Notes under the pieces: model-generated
The model's input: only the letters and a program-made list of their open reading frames with translations
The model's database searches: none
Told to the model about the DNA's origin: nothing
Shown here: piece by piece, positions 20,039 through 30,766 of the stretch
How positions within the stretch are numbered: position 1 is the first letter of the stretch
How the letters are laid out: the number at the start of each line of letters is the position of its first letter
Translations under genes and position numbers: made by a program
Assembly (NCBI GenBank): GCA_046757665.1
Contig: JBHHYO010000005.1
Span: 1 to 64,000 of the forward strand
Direction: 5' to 3'
From: Nitrospinales bacterium
GTDB taxonomy: Bacteria; Nitrospinota; Nitrospinia; Nitrospinales; JAJDAT01
Length of the DNA: 64,000 nt

Positions 20039-20752
20039 ATGGAAGCATTGGAAAAACTTTACGAAGGCAAGGCCAAGATACTTTACGCCACCAAGGACCC
20101 CGACCGGGTCATCCAGTATTTCAAGGATGACGCTTCCGCGTTTAACGGAATCAAGAAAGGCACGATCGCGGATAAGGGCATCATCAACAATCAGGTCTCT
20201 TGCCGGATTTTTCAACACCTGGAGGACAAGGGCATTCCCACCCACTTTGTAAAATCGCTGAGCGACCGGGAGATGCTGGTCAAAAAGCTGGACATGATTC
20301 CCGTGGAGGTTGTCATGCGCAATGTCGCGGCGGGCAGTTTGTGCAAGCGCATGGGGGTGCCGGAGGGAACGCCGTTGAAGCAGTCTATCATGGAATTCTA
20401 TTACAAGGATGACGCCCTGGGCGACCCGATGATCAACGAAAACCACATCGCCGCGTTTGAGCTGATGGCGCGGGACGACGTCGAGGTGATCAAATCCCTG
20501 GGATTCAAGATCAACGAATTGATGAGCGAATTTTTCCGGGCGCGCAAGATTCTTCTTGTGGATTTCAAGCTGGAATTCGGCCGCCACAAGGGCCGGATAT
20601 TGCTGGGCGATGAAATCAGCCCCGACGCCTGCCGGTTATGGAACCGGGAAACGCATGAAAAGCTGGACAAGGACCGGTTTCGCTTTGACCTGGGGCAGGT
20701 TGCGGAAAAATACCGCGAACTCCATCAACTCGTCTGCGGAGAAGAAAAATAG
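20039..20752 (+). CDS. purC: SAICAR synthetase
   Basis: LYEGKAK, FKDDASAFNG, IPVEVVMRN, LVDFKLEFG, DEISPD, LDKDRFR. Confidence 0.96.
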   Translation: MEALEKLYEGKAKILYATKDPDRVIQYFKDDASAFNGIKKGTIADKGIINNQVSCRIFQHLEDKGIPTHFVKSLSDREMLVKKLDMIPVEVVMRNVAAGSLCKRMGVPEGTPLKQSIMEFYYKDDALGDPMINENHIAAFELMARDDVEVIKSLGFKINELMSEFFRARKILLVDFKLEFGRHKGRILLGDEISPDACRLWNRETHEKLDKDRFRFDLGQVAEKYRELHQLVCGEEK

Positions 20753-20767
20753 AACGGCACGGTCCCG

Positions 20768-21034
20768 TTACAAGTTTTTACAGACGACTTTTACGGGCGG
20801 GGTGTTGCTACACTCGATATTTTCCGTCCTCCCACTGGCCGCGCCTCCACACGCGGTGCTGACCCCCATCATCACGGTTTCCTGTTTTTCCATGCCGGTG
20901 ACTTTCTGGCATACTTCCTTGTCGTTGTACACAATACAGACCTCGCACTCATACCTGGCGCTTGTCATCAATGAATAGGAAATGTAGACGATGAATGCCA
21001 GAAACCCGACTGTCAGTATGGCGCCTTTTTTCAT
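20768..21034 (-). CDS. Small exported six-cysteine hypothetical protein
   Basis: N-terminal TM/signal segment, then CEVC...C...C...C...C in 88 aa. Confidence 0.65.
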   Translation of the reverse strand: MKKGAILTVGFLAFIVYISYSLMTSARYECEVCIVYNDKEVCQKVTGMEKQETVMMGVSTACGGAASGRTENIECSNTPPVKVVCKNL

Positions 21035-21185
21035 GGAAACCTTTGCATAACCCGAGATTCTTCGCTACCCCCGGTGTCATCGCGAGCCGCGACAAGCGGC
21101 GTGGCGATCCAGCCTTCTGGATTGCTTCGTCGGCTTCGCCTCCTCGCAATGACGATCAAACAAGGATACTTATGCAAAAGCTTCC
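21035..21185. repeat. 151-bp palindromic MITE/RPE-like element
   Basis: Terminal inverted repeats GGAAACCTTTGCATAA / TTATGCAAAAGCTTCC (14/16 match); inner GTCATCGCGAG (21076-21086) and CTCGCAATGAC (21143-21153) with GCGATCCAG/CTGGATTGC stem. Confidence 0.8.
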
Positions 21186-21215
21186 TTTTCATGGGCAAAA
21201 TTCCGCACTGCGGGG

Positions 21216-21776
21216 TTAGTGATGGTTGTTGGCAATAAAATAATGTTTGCGATAAAACTTCAACTCCTCGATCGATTCCCGAACATCCGTCAACGCCAGG
21301 TGCAAATCGCTTTTCTTGGGCAGTTTCACCCCATTCGGATACCAGCGGGTGATCAATTCCTTGATGGACGTGACATCAATATTACGATAATGCAGGTAAT
21401 CGTGCAGAGTCTTCATGTATTTGGCAAGAAATTTTCTGTCGTGGCTGATGGTATTGCCGCATAAAGGCACCGCATGAGGCGGGCAATGTTTTTTGATGAA
21501 GTTCAACGTCGCTTGCTCCGCCTCGGAGACGGTAATGCGGGATTCCTTCACCCGTTGCCACAGGCCAGACGCCGTATGTTGCTTCTTGTTCCAGTCATCC
21601 ATCCGGGACAGAATTGCCTCACCTTGATGAATGACCATGGCGGGGCCTTCTTCCAGAATATTCAGGCTACTGTCCGTGACGATCGTGGCGATTTCAATAA
21701 TCACCTCGGTTTCCACGTCGAGGCCGGTCATTTCCAGGTCCAACCACACCAGGTTTTTCGAGCTTTTTCTACCCAT
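21216..21776 (-). CDS. orn: Oligoribonuclease
   Basis: LVWLDLEMTGL, IIEIATIVTD, LCGNTI, HYRNIDV, HLALTDVRESIEEL. Confidence 0.95.
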   Translation of the reverse strand: MGRKSSKNLVWLDLEMTGLDVETEVIIEIATIVTDSSLNILEEGPAMVIHQGEAILSRMDDWNKKQHTASGLWQRVKESRITVSEAEQATLNFIKKHCPPHAVPLCGNTISHDRKFLAKYMKTLHDYLHYRNIDVTSIKELITRWYPNGVKLPKKSDLHLALTDVRESIEELKFYRKHYFIANNHH

Positions 21777-21835
21777 CGTTTTTCCAGTCAAGAGCCAGGG
21801 GATATCAAGAAAATAACACGGGAGGGAGTTTCACT

Positions 21836-22369
21836 TTACTGGGCTTTTTCCAAGAGTTTTCCTAGTGTTTTGTTTCTCATCAGAGATTGAATCTTTGGAT
21901 CGGTGGCCAGGCGTTCCAGGTCCTGACGGTCAATGGCGCGCATCAGTTCCCGGTCCTTGAGGATGCCCTTCACCGAGGGATCGTTGCTGAGCGATTGAAT
22001 AAGGCGCAGGGCATCGGGGTCCTGCATCAGCCGATCGGTCATTTCCCGGACTTGCTGTTGAACCGGTTGTCCGCCGGTAGCCGAAAAATTACCTCCCGGA
22101 ACATTCCGGGAAGACGCGCCCCGCGGCGGACTGTTGGCGCTCCCGGACTGTTTAAACCGAATGGAGCGGATTTTTTTCTCGTCGATGGAAAAGACGCCCA
22201 GGGTATTCGACTTGAGCCGGTAAATGCCGTTCGAAAAAGATAACACTTCCGCTTGAATAACGCTTCCGTCGGTGAGTTCGATTTCTTTCGGCGTCCCGCC
22301 GCCGGCATGGGCAAACGAAACCAGCCAAACCATCAGGCAGGCAATGGCTACCGGGTATTTTGCTTTCAT
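21836..22369 (-). CDS. Secreted hypothetical protein with C-terminal DP-repeat (STI1-like) helices
   Basis: Signal peptide ending AHA; IELTDGSVI beta domain; LMQDPD/LSNDPS/LATDPK repeats. Confidence 0.7.
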   Translation of the reverse strand: MKAKYPVAIACLMVWLVSFAHAGGGTPKEIELTDGSVIQAEVLSFSNGIYRLKSNTLGVFSIDEKKIRSIRFKQSGSANSPPRGASSRNVPGGNFSATGGQPVQQQVREMTDRLMQDPDALRLIQSLSNDPSVKGILKDRELMRAIDRQDLERLATDPKIQSLMRNKTLGKLLEKAQ

Positions 22370-22564
22370 GGGAATTCCATTTTTCGGGTTAAAGGGCGGA
22401 AACCTGGCAATCACCGCTCTCCCTGATTGTACCCCATTTCGGAGCAAGTATTGAATTAAATCCCGTTGTTGCAGAAGTTTATTTTCTTATTGCGTGAGGG
22501 CAGGAAGGGAGGGGTGCGGCAAAACAACCAAAAACGAACGGTTAACCGCCGGAGCGCCAGGGAT

Positions 22565-25291
22565 TCAAACCACTTCGACGGGCTCTTCCCATAAAATCGA
22601 CTGCGGGTTTTTCAGCCGGTTTAACGCCTGCCGGAGTTTGTTTTTAAAATTTTCTTCTCCAAGGATGATTTGCCGGACATCCCGCGGCCTGAGGTAGAAA
22701 ATATTGGATGCGGTTTCCTGGTGTGTGTGCAGGACCGCCCGTTGAACCTCCAGGTTCAGATCGGAAAAAACCTTGGTTTCCATCATAAAAGTTCCCAGGG
22801 CATCGTGGGTTTCTATGCTGATGGAACGGCCGATGATCGTGATCTTGAGTTTGCCGTCGTCGTACCGGGCGGCCTTGGCCTTTGTGGCCAGGCGCCGGCC
22901 CTTGTAGATTGACGATATGGGCTGGTGGTCCACGAGGATTTTGCGCAACTCCTCCTTGATCTTTTTCTGCAGGAAATAGTAATTGGAAAATTCGATGGGC
23001 GCGCCCGAAGCGTCATACACCTTAAACACGTCGAACACATTGTTTCCCCGTGTATGAATCTTGGCTTCGACGATGCTCATCTGGTTAAAAAAGAGGACCG
23101 TAGCAACCTTGAACAGCACGCCTTTCATGTCGGGCAGGCAGATGACCAGGTCGCAAGCCTGACCGGGTTTAAAAAACATTTCCACGGCGAACTTTTCCCG
23201 GGAGCGCAGAAACTCGTTGTAAATTTCCAATTGCGATTGCAGGTCCCGCGGCAGGTGAATCATATCCATAAACTCCATCTTGACGGAGTTCGGAATGCTT
23301 TGCCGTTTTTTATGTTGCAGGGTGTACTGGTAAAAATTCCGGAGTTGTTCGATCTGGCCGGCGGACATGTTCATTTTTGTTCCTCCGCGGTCGGCGTAGG
23401 TCAGCAGGATCAACATTTTTAACCGCTCCTGATCGTTGTCCACCAGGTCCCAGATCATTTCATTGGTTTCGTCCTCTTCCGGGTCCAGGAACATGAGGTC
23501 TTTCATGGTCAGGTGTTTTTCGACCAGAAACGCCACATCCCTGATACGTTTTTTTTGTTTGTGGCGGTATCCGAGATTTTCCAGAATACCCGGCGCCATC
23601 TCGGCTCCCAGCATCTCTTCATTTTGTCCCGGCGCCTTTGCGCCCTTGCCGATGTCGTGCAACAAAACCGCGAGTTTCAGCGCCGTTTTGTCCTTTAAGG
23701 ATTGATACAGCTCGACGAGGAAGGGGTCCGCATCCATGCCCAGTTCCAGTTCGTTGAGAACGTCCAGCGCAAAAAGCACGTGGATATCCGTCGGAAATTT
23801 GTGGACGTAAATATCCTGCAACAGTCCGCAAAGATCCTTGAATTCGGGAATGAAATACTGTTGCAGAAGCCCGAATTCATGCAACAGGCGAATGGCCTTG
23901 GCGAAATATTTGCCCTTGATGATCGTTTTAAACTGGGTTCGGATTTCCTTCTTCTTGCCTTCCGTCAGGAAAATGGGGCCTATCCGGTTGGTGCTTTGTT
24001 CGATGGCGCGAATGACGGGAAGGGACAAAACATAATTTCCCCGGGCCACCCAGACGGGAATTTGAAACATGGCTTCGGGGTACTCTTCAAGGTATTGTTC
24101 TCCGCCCGGCAGAAAGATGATTTGTTTGCCCGCATTCACCGCGAGAAACTGATTCAGGTCCTTAACTTTTTTCGGATCAACACTGGTCAACTCCAGGAAG
24201 AGGTTGCGGCTGTACTTTTTCAGGGGATAGGCGGCTTCGTAATAATATTCCCGGTAAAACTGTTTCAACTCGAATCCCATCGACTTCGCCACCTGTTCCC
24301 GGACTTCGAAACACAGCACATCGCGTTGCGTGCCTTTCTGACTGCAATGCAGTAACAACCGGACTTTCGATAAAAAGTTGAGACAGTTCTGCATGTTTTT
24401 GAACGTGATCCCGCTCAAATGACCATTGTTGTACAGTTCCTGAAGCAATTCAAACGAGTTGGTTTTTTCGAGTTTGTACCGGATTCGTGCCAGGAACAAC
24501 GCCCAATACAGCCGGCGCATTTCCGTTTTCACATTGGGTTCCTGGTTGAAAACCGTGTTTTGAACGTCGTAATAGCTTTTGTGGGTTTTGCAGTAATCCA
24601 GAATTTTTTCCTGATTGAGAAGGCTTGCCGTCTTGACCAAACTTTTAAATTCGTTGTAAACCCAGATATTGCCCGCAACAAACCGGTGCTCCATCTGGGA
24701 GATCAGCGTGCTGGGGATTTGCGGATCAAATTCGATATCCTCGCCGGGGATGTGCGAATGCGCGACACTGCTCGCCGCCGGGAAGATGTCCTGATGAACA
24801 AACAGGTACTCGAAGTATTCGAGAATTTTTGCCAGGGCATCGTCCTGGTCCGCGCCGAATTTGGAAACGACCTGGATGTCCACGTCGGAGCGGAAATACA
24901 TTTCCTCCCGTCCATAGCCGCCCCGGGCGACAACGGCTATCGCAACGTCGTTGTCGCGCAGTTCGGTTTGATGGTTGCGGTTGTAAAACCACAAGGCGGT
25001 TTTGAAGCTGGTTTTTATCACCGCATCCACCAGGGCCGTGTGTTTCAGCAAAATGAGGTGGCAGTTGCCGCCATGGACGATCTCGTTTTTTAATTGTTCG
25101 GTTTCGCGGTTCGCCAGGGCGGTGACCCGCTTTTTGAATTCCAGATAAAACGCCTGCGACTCGATATCGCCCGCGGGAGTGAATTCTTCCGGACGGATCG
25201 AGGCATCCAGGGTATTTAAAAGTTCTTGCTGGTAGTTTTGGGCCTGGGTTCTGTTGGCGAGGAAAAAATCAAGCATGGGGTTGACGCTCAT
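22565..25291 (-). CDS. glnD: [Protein-PII] uridylyltransferase-like protein (NTase-HD-ACT)
   Basis: GGYGR and SDVD NTase motifs, EPNVK, HKFPTDIH, LLHDIGKG, C-terminal ACT-like domains (EAKIHT...DVF). Confidence 0.8.
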   Translation of the reverse strand: MSVNPMLDFFLANRTQAQNYQQELLNTLDASIRPEEFTPAGDIESQAFYLEFKKRVTALANRETEQLKNEIVHGGNCHLILLKHTALVDAVIKTSFKTALWFYNRNHQTELRDNDVAIAVVARGGYGREEMYFRSDVDIQVVSKFGADQDDALAKILEYFEYLFVHQDIFPAASSVAHSHIPGEDIEFDPQIPSTLISQMEHRFVAGNIWVYNEFKSLVKTASLLNQEKILDYCKTHKSYYDVQNTVFNQEPNVKTEMRRLYWALFLARIRYKLEKTNSFELLQELYNNGHLSGITFKNMQNCLNFLSKVRLLLHCSQKGTQRDVLCFEVREQVAKSMGFELKQFYREYYYEAAYPLKKYSRNLFLELTSVDPKKVKDLNQFLAVNAGKQIIFLPGGEQYLEEYPEAMFQIPVWVARGNYVLSLPVIRAIEQSTNRIGPIFLTEGKKKEIRTQFKTIIKGKYFAKAIRLLHEFGLLQQYFIPEFKDLCGLLQDIYVHKFPTDIHVLFALDVLNELELGMDADPFLVELYQSLKDKTALKLAVLLHDIGKGAKAPGQNEEMLGAEMAPGILENLGYRHKQKKRIRDVAFLVEKHLTMKDLMFLDPEEDETNEMIWDLVDNDQERLKMLILLTYADRGGTKMNMSAGQIEQLRNFYQYTLQHKKRQSIPNSVKMEFMDMIHLPRDLQSQLEIYNEFLRSREKFAVEMFFKPGQACDLVICLPDMKGVLFKVATVLFFNQMSIVEAKIHTRGNNVFDVFKVYDASGAPIEFSNYYFLQKKIKEELRKILVDHQPISSIYKGRRLATKAKAARYDDGKLKITIIGRSISIETHDALGTFMMETKVFSDLNLEVQRAVLHTHQETASNIFYLRPRDVRQIILGEENFKNKLRQALNRLKNPQSILWEEPVEVV

Positions 25292-25326
25292 CGCTTCATG
25301 GCTTTCAGCCCGGCGGGCTGTCGATT

Positions 25327-26343
25327 CTACAAGCTCCTGCCCATCAGCGCGGCAAGGGGTTTCAGTTTTTTCACCAGCGCGGCGAATTTTTTGGGTTTCA
25401 GGGATTGCGGACCGTCCGACAAGGCATTTGCAGGATCGGGGTGCACCTCGATCATCAGCCCATCGGCGCCGGCGGCGATGGACGCGCACGACATGGCGGC
25501 CACCAAGTCCCAATGCCCCGTGGCGTGGCTGGGATCGACGAGGATGGGAAGATGGCTTTCTTTTTTCAATACCGGAATGGCATTGATGTCCAGCGTATTG
25601 CGGGTCAGGGTTTCAATGGTGCGGATTCCCCGTTCGCACAGGATAACTTCCTTGTTGCCGGCGGACAAAACGTATTCGGCGGACATGAGATATTCCTTGA
25701 TGGTGATCATCATGCCGCGTTTCAGGAGGATGGGCTTTGGGATGCCGCCCAGCTCCTTCAACAGGGAAAAATTTTGCACATTGCGCGCCCCCACTTGCAG
25801 AACGTCGGCGTATTGCGCGACCAGTTCCACCTCTTTCGGATTCATCACTTCCGTGACGATGGGGAGACCGGTTTGCCTTTTCGCCTCCAGCAGTAGCTTG
25901 AGGCCTTCCTCCTCCAAGCCCTGGAAACTGTAAGGCGAGGTTCGGGGTTTGAAGGCGCCGCCGCGCAGAAAATGGGCTCCCGCCTCCTTGACCAACTCGG
26001 CCGTCGCGCAAATCTGTTCTTTGCTCTCCACCGAGCAGGGGCCGGCAATCAAGACGATCCGCTCACCGCCGACCGGCATTCCGTCAATCTGGATCACCGT
26101 GTCCTCCGGCTTGAACTCGCGGCTCGCCAGCTTGTACGGTTTGAGTATGGAAATGGTCGTCTCGACGCCGGGCATGGTCTCCACCGCTTGCAGTTGCTCC
26201 TTGAACCGCTCGTCTCCCACGGCGCCCACTATTTTCCGTTCGACTCCGGCGATCTCATGAGGCGTGTAACCCAGCAACCGGATTTTATCCTCTACGGCCC
26301 GGATTTCTTCCGGAGTAGCATTTTTTTTGAAAACAATGACCAT
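25327..26343 (-). CDS. aroF: DAHP synthase, class I-beta
   Basis: [54 protein letters not shown]-terminal regulatory domain. Confidence 0.95.
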   Translation of the reverse strand: MVIVFKKNATPEEIRAVEDKIRLLGYTPHEIAGVERKIVGAVGDERFKEQLQAVETMPGVETTISILKPYKLASREFKPEDTVIQIDGMPVGGERIVLIAGPCSVESKEQICATAELVKEAGAHFLRGGAFKPRTSPYSFQGLEEEGLKLLLEAKRQTGLPIVTEVMNPKEVELVAQYADVLQVGARNVQNFSLLKELGGIPKPILLKRGMMITIKEYLMSAEYVLSAGNKEVILCERGIRTIETLTRNTLDINAIPVLKKESHLPILVDPSHATGHWDLVAAMSCASIAAGADGLMIEVHPDPANALSDGPQSLKPKKFAALVKKLKPLAALMGRSL

Positions 26344-26550
26344 CGTTCAACCTGTTTCATAGATCAGGCAAGTCCGACCGGGGCGGCGCCAATTTTTAGA
26401 TTACCCTTATTTCCAAAAAGATGCCAACATTTTCGGCACGTCCGGGCCACAAGCGCGCTACAAATATAATTTTGACAGTTTTTTTGATTTGTGCTAAAAA
26501 AATCAGTTAGCATTAACCCCGCCTTACAGCCGTCCAGGGAGAATTGCCAA

Positions 26551-27657
26551 ATGGAAATCAGGATCAACCGCGAAAATTTACTCGCCGGCGTGCAACGTGT
26601 TCAGGGAATCGTCGAGGTCAAGGGCGCAATGCCCATTCTCTCTTATCTCCTTATTTCCACCGATAAAGAAGGCATCTATATTCAGGCCACCGACCTGGAA
26701 ATCGGCATCAAGGGTTATTACTCCGCCAATGTAACGGTGCCGGGGAAAGTGGCCCTGAACGCCAGAAAACTGCACGACATTATCCGGGAACTTCCCGACC
26801 ATAAGGAAATCCACCTGGTGCGGGAGGAAAACGACTGGGTCACCCTGAAATGCGAGAAGTCCGTGTTTCGTCTGCCGGGCCTGCCCGCCGCCGACTTCCC
26901 CGTGCTCCCCGATTACAGCGAGGAAAGCCTGATAGAGTTCAAGGGCTCCTTCCTGAAGGAAATGATCCGCAAAACGGCTTTTGCCGTTTCCCCGGACGAA
27001 ACCCGAAAGGGCATCAGCGGCCTGTTGCTGGAAATGGACAACGGCCACGCCACCATGGTGGGAACCGACGGGCACCGGCTGGCGTTCATCACCCGGCCCT
27101 TGTTGAAATCCACCGTTTCGGAAAAAACCCCTTTCATCCTGCCCAAAAAAACGCTGGCCGAGCTTGTCAAGCTCATGGATGAAGACGACTCCACCTGCTC
27201 CTTCTCCGTCAAGAAAAACCACTTCGCCTTCATCCAGGACCGGCAGGTGATCGTGTCCCGGGCCATTGACGGCAAGTTCCCCAATTATCAACAGGTGATT
27301 CCCACCGACAATAATGTTCAGGTCGTGGTCAACAGGGACAACCTGCTTCATGCCCTGAGGCGGGTCGCCCTGCTCGCGGACGAACAATCCAAAATGGTCC
27401 GTTTTGAAATCAAAACGGGAACCCTGACCCTCATTTCCGACAGCACCGAACTGGGCGCCGCAAACGAGGAAATCGCCGCCAAGCACGAAGGCGAGGAAAT
27501 CTGCATCGGACTCAACGCAAGATACGTTCTGGAAATCTTGGGCGTGATTGACGAAGAAGAGATCGTCATTCATCTAAAAGACAAAGACCACTCCTGCCTC
27601 ATCAAAGTCAATGAGGACCAAAACTTTCTCGGCCTCGTCATGCCCATGCGGCTGTAA
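26551..27657 (+). CDS. dnaN: DNA polymerase III beta subunit (sliding clamp)
   Basis: PILS, ATDLEI, GTDGHRLA, GKFPNYQQVIP, C-terminal VMPMRL. Confidence 0.95.
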   Translation: MEIRINRENLLAGVQRVQGIVEVKGAMPILSYLLISTDKEGIYIQATDLEIGIKGYYSANVTVPGKVALNARKLHDIIRELPDHKEIHLVREENDWVTLKCEKSVFRLPGLPAADFPVLPDYSEESLIEFKGSFLKEMIRKTAFAVSPDETRKGISGLLLEMDNGHATMVGTDGHRLAFITRPLLKSTVSEKTPFILPKKTLAELVKLMDEDDSTCSFSVKKNHFAFIQDRQVIVSRAIDGKFPNYQQVIPTDNNVQVVVNRDNLLHALRRVALLADEQSKMVRFEIKTGTLTLISDSTELGAANEEIAAKHEGEEICIGLNARYVLEILGVIDEEEIVIHLKDKDHSCLIKVNEDQNFLGLVMPMRL

Positions 27658-27707
27658 CCTGCCTGACCCTGCCCGTCTTCGCCACAGGAGAAACGGGCAT
27701 CCCTTTC

Positions 27708-28034
27708 CTACATTGCGAGTGCGGCGCGCAATAAAGCATCGATCGCCCGCTTGAGTACAGCCGTGTCGCGCCCGCGCGATTCCGCACGGTCGTGCCGGGG
27801 ATCGTCCTCCAGGGAAATTACCCCGGAACCCAGGTAATTGCAGTAAAATGAACCCAAGGGAGCCAGTTTCCCCAAACCGCCCGCATCGGCATTAACAACG
27901 ACCATCGCACGGTCTTGCCTTTCGGGGTCGGAATACACCTCGAAGAGCCCGCCGGTTTGCGTTGTGCGCGCGCGGCAATAGGCCAGGATGCGTTCCAGGT
28001 CCTCGGGAGACACTCTTTTATAGATAACCTGCAT
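27708..28034 (-). CDS. Hypothetical protein
   Basis: ORF fills the gap; start ATG 28034 (MQVIYKRV); GSFYCNYLG segment. Confidence 0.6.
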   Translation of the reverse strand: MQVIYKRVSPEDLERILAYCRARTTQTGGLFEVYSDPERQDRAMVVVNADAGGLGKLAPLGSFYCNYLGSGVISLEDDPRHDRAESRGRDTAVLKRAIDALLRAALAM

Positions 28035-28059
28035 TCGACAACCTGAACCGGGTGACACC

Positions 28060-28695
28060 ATGAGCAGAGCAAACGCTGAAGACAAGTTTCTCGAATTGAT
28101 GAAAAAAATCAAACGGCTGGAAGATGAACTGGCCTTTGAAATCCAGAAAAAAGAAGACGAGTTTTTTTACGAAATTCATGCCAAAAGGGTCAAGTTCCAG
28201 CGCACGGCGAAAATCCACCATAAACTTCTGATCAAAAAAATACGTTACTATTTGCGCGACGCCGCCGTCATGAACATCGTCACGGCGCCGGTGATTTATG
28301 CCGTGGTCGTTCCGGCCTTTTTTCTCGACCTGTTTATCACCCTTTATCAATCGATCTGTTTCCCGATTTACGGCATCCCCAAGGTCCGGCGGCAGGACTA
28401 TATCGTAACGGACCGCAAATATCTTCACTACCTGAATTTGATCGAAAAAATCAATTGCTACTATTGCGGCTATTTTAACGGCTTGATGGGCTACACCCAG
28501 GAAATAGCCGGCAGGACCGAGCAGTACTGGTGCCCCATCAAACACGCCCGGAAACTGGCGTTCATTCACGGCCGCTACCGGAAATTTTTTGAGTACGGCG
28601 ATGCCGATACCTACCGCGAAAACCTGGAAAAAGTCCGGCGGGAGTTTGACGATCTTCTCCCCGGCAAAAACCCGGTTGACAAGTCCGGCAAATAA
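28060..28695 (+). CDS. Hypothetical membrane protein with Cys motifs
   Basis: N-terminal coiled coil, one TM segment, NCYYCGYFNG and EQYWCPIKH. Confidence 0.8.
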   Translation: MSRANAEDKFLELMKKIKRLEDELAFEIQKKEDEFFYEIHAKRVKFQRTAKIHHKLLIKKIRYYLRDAAVMNIVTAPVIYAVVVPAFFLDLFITLYQSICFPIYGIPKVRRQDYIVTDRKYLHYLNLIEKINCYYCGYFNGLMGYTQEIAGRTEQYWCPIKHARKLAFIHGRYRKFFEYGDADTYRENLEKVRREFDDLLPGKNPVDKSGK

Positions 28696-28746
28696 GTTGA
28701 CCATGCGGTTTTTCGTTGCCCGCCGACAACGTTTGAAAGGAGAGCC

Positions 28747-29652
28747 GTGAATTTTCAGGATGTCATATTAAGCTTGCAGAATTTCTGGGGCGCCCGCGGA
28801 TGCCTGATCCACCAACCTTACGATATCGAAGTGGGCGCCGGCACCTTTAATCCCAGCACCTTTTTCCGGGCGCTCGGCCCGGAACCCTATCGGGCCGCCT
28901 ACGTCGAACCGTCCCGCAGACCCACGGACGGGCGATACGGCGAAAACCCCAATCGGCTTCAGCATTATTACCAGTTCCAGGTGATCGTCAAACCCTCGCC
29001 GAACGATATCCAGGACCAGTATCTGCAAAGCCTCTCCGAGCTGGGCATCGACCCCCTGCAACACGACATCCGGTTCGTCGAGGATGACTGGGAGTCGCCC
29101 ACCCTGGGCGCATGGGGACTGGGTTGGGAGGTCTGGCTCGACGGAATGGAAATCACCCAGTTCACCTATTTCCAGCAGGTCGGCGGCATCGACCTTTCGC
29201 CGGTGACGGTGGAGTTGACCTACGGCCTCGAACGCATCGCCATGTACCTGCAAGACATCGACAACGTGTTTGAACTGAAATGGAACGACCACCTCAAATA
29301 CGGCGACGTGCACCTGGAAACGGAAAAACAGTTTTCCCGCTACAACTTCGAGGAATCCAGCAAGGACCGCTTGTTTCAATGGTTCGACATGTACGAGAAA
29401 GAAGCCGAGGCCCTGCTCGAAAAAGACCTGGTCTTGCCGGGCTACGATTACACCCTGAAATGCTCCCACACCTTCAACCTGCTGGATGCCCGCGGCGCCA
29501 TCAGCGTGACCGAGCGCACCGGGTTTATCACCCGAGTGCGAAAACTGGCGCGCCTGTGCGCGGAAGGCTACGTCCGCCACCGCGAAACCCTGGGACACCC
29601 TCTGCTCCACCGCTGGAACAAGTCCCCGGCAACCCATCCCCCATCCACCTGA
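28747..29652 (+). CDS. glyQ: Glycine--tRNA ligase alpha subunit
   Basis: [52 protein letters not shown]. Confidence 0.97.
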   Translation: MNFQDVILSLQNFWGARGCLIHQPYDIEVGAGTFNPSTFFRALGPEPYRAAYVEPSRRPTDGRYGENPNRLQHYYQFQVIVKPSPNDIQDQYLQSLSELGIDPLQHDIRFVEDDWESPTLGAWGLGWEVWLDGMEITQFTYFQQVGGIDLSPVTVELTYGLERIAMYLQDIDNVFELKWNDHLKYGDVHLETEKQFSRYNFEESSKDRLFQWFDMYEKEAEALLEKDLVLPGYDYTLKCSHTFNLLDARGAISVTERTGFITRVRKLARLCAEGYVRHRETLGHPLLHRWNKSPATHPPST

Positions 29653-29735
29653 CCCGATACCGCCGGCGCATCTCACTCCGACCTTAAGGGGTGGGTATCA
29701 CATGAGCCTGCCGAAGCACCCAAACTTTTTTGTGG

Positions 29736-29764
29736 TTGACATCGTCCTTCCACATTTAGATAAT
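29736..29764 (+). promoter_or_regulatory. Sigma70-type promoter of the AT-rich insert
   Basis: TTGACA-N17-GATAAT. Confidence 0.6.
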
Positions 29765-29967
29765 TCTATACTTTCTTTTTTGTCTTTGCTCATATGCGCT
29801 ACCCAAGCCACAACATGCGAAGACCACTCAAGTTAAACAAAAGTCCACAGCACAAACCACGCAAGACACGCCTAAGCTGAAACGTGAATATTTCTATGCC
29901 TTTTTTTGGGACGGCGTAGTTGTTTTTGGAATAGACTATTTATAGGAAAACAATTGGAGGTCGGGCC

Positions 29968-30174
29968 ATGACAAAACCAGAAGACTTAGATTACATCCCA
30001 GAGGAGGATCGTGAAATGGTAGCAGAATTGGTTACCACAGGGGCTTTAAATGGAGAGATGGCGGCATCACACACAACCAGCAATAGCTGGGATGATGGCG
30101 ACTACCCAGAGATCAAAGAGGAAATCTTCTCCGCTATAGCTGACCGATTGCTGGGAAAAAGGAAAGATGCGTAA
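29968..30174 (+). CDS. Small acidic hypothetical protein (AT-rich insert)
   Basis: GGAGGT RBS; 17 of 68 residues are D/E; overlaps the next ORF by 8 nt. Confidence 0.65.
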   Translation: MTKPEDLDYIPEEDREMVAELVTTGALNGEMAASHTTSNSWDDGDYPEIKEEIFSAIADRLLGKRKDA

Positions 30175-30766
30175 GTCCATTACAGAGGACTATGGAATAC
30201 AGTTCAACAAGTCCCACGAAGAAACACTAAAATCCTCGGAAGCTGAAAAATGGAGAAACTGGGCATTAAAGATTACTGTTTGGGGTTATAAATCAATCCT
30301 GGAAAGAACCCCTGATCAAACTAAGGAAGTTTTGCGGTTAGATTATAGAATCGTCATAGAATCTTTAAACTCTGCCTACTTGGGACTGCAACAGTTTAAG
30401 CAATTTCACAAAATACAAAATCATATTGCCCCAGCTAACAAGGCGGCGGCGTACACTTGTTGGATAAACAGATTTTGCCCGATTCAATTCACTGGTAAGT
30501 GGCTGGGGAAAGAACCTCTTTTCTACAACTCTATTCTCGCTTTAGAAGTAGGTTATGCGATAGTGATAGCCCATCAGGAAGCTTATGCAGGCGGTATTCC
30601 TATAAGCGAAATAAAGAAATTGCCCGACACGATTTTAGGCCATTATCGTAAAAATTCGCTTATTTACGCTTTGATGTGGCGTAACCCAAGTTTTAAAGAA
30701 CTCCAAATAATTTTCGAGCTATTGACCAATAGCGACGCAGATAGAAAAAGGTCTGATAACCGCTGA
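30167..30766 (+). CDS. Hypothetical helical protein (AT-rich insert)
   Basis: 199-aa ORF in low-GC DNA; KAAAYTCWINRFCPIQ segment. Confidence 0.75.
   Translation: MRKSITEDYGIQFNKSHEETLKSSEAEKWRNWALKITVWGYKSILERTPDQTKEVLRLDYRIVIESLNSAYLGLQQFKQFHKIQNHIAPANKAAAYTCWINRFCPIQFTGKWLGKEPLFYNSILALEVGYAIVIAHQEAYAGGIPISEIKKLPDTILGHYRKNSLIYALMWRNPSFKELQIIFELLTNSDADRKRSDNR

Noticed and set aside
26344-26550. oriC upstream of dnaN
   Set aside because: AT-rich, but no TTATCCACA-type DnaA boxes were recognised; it reads as a divergent promoter region.
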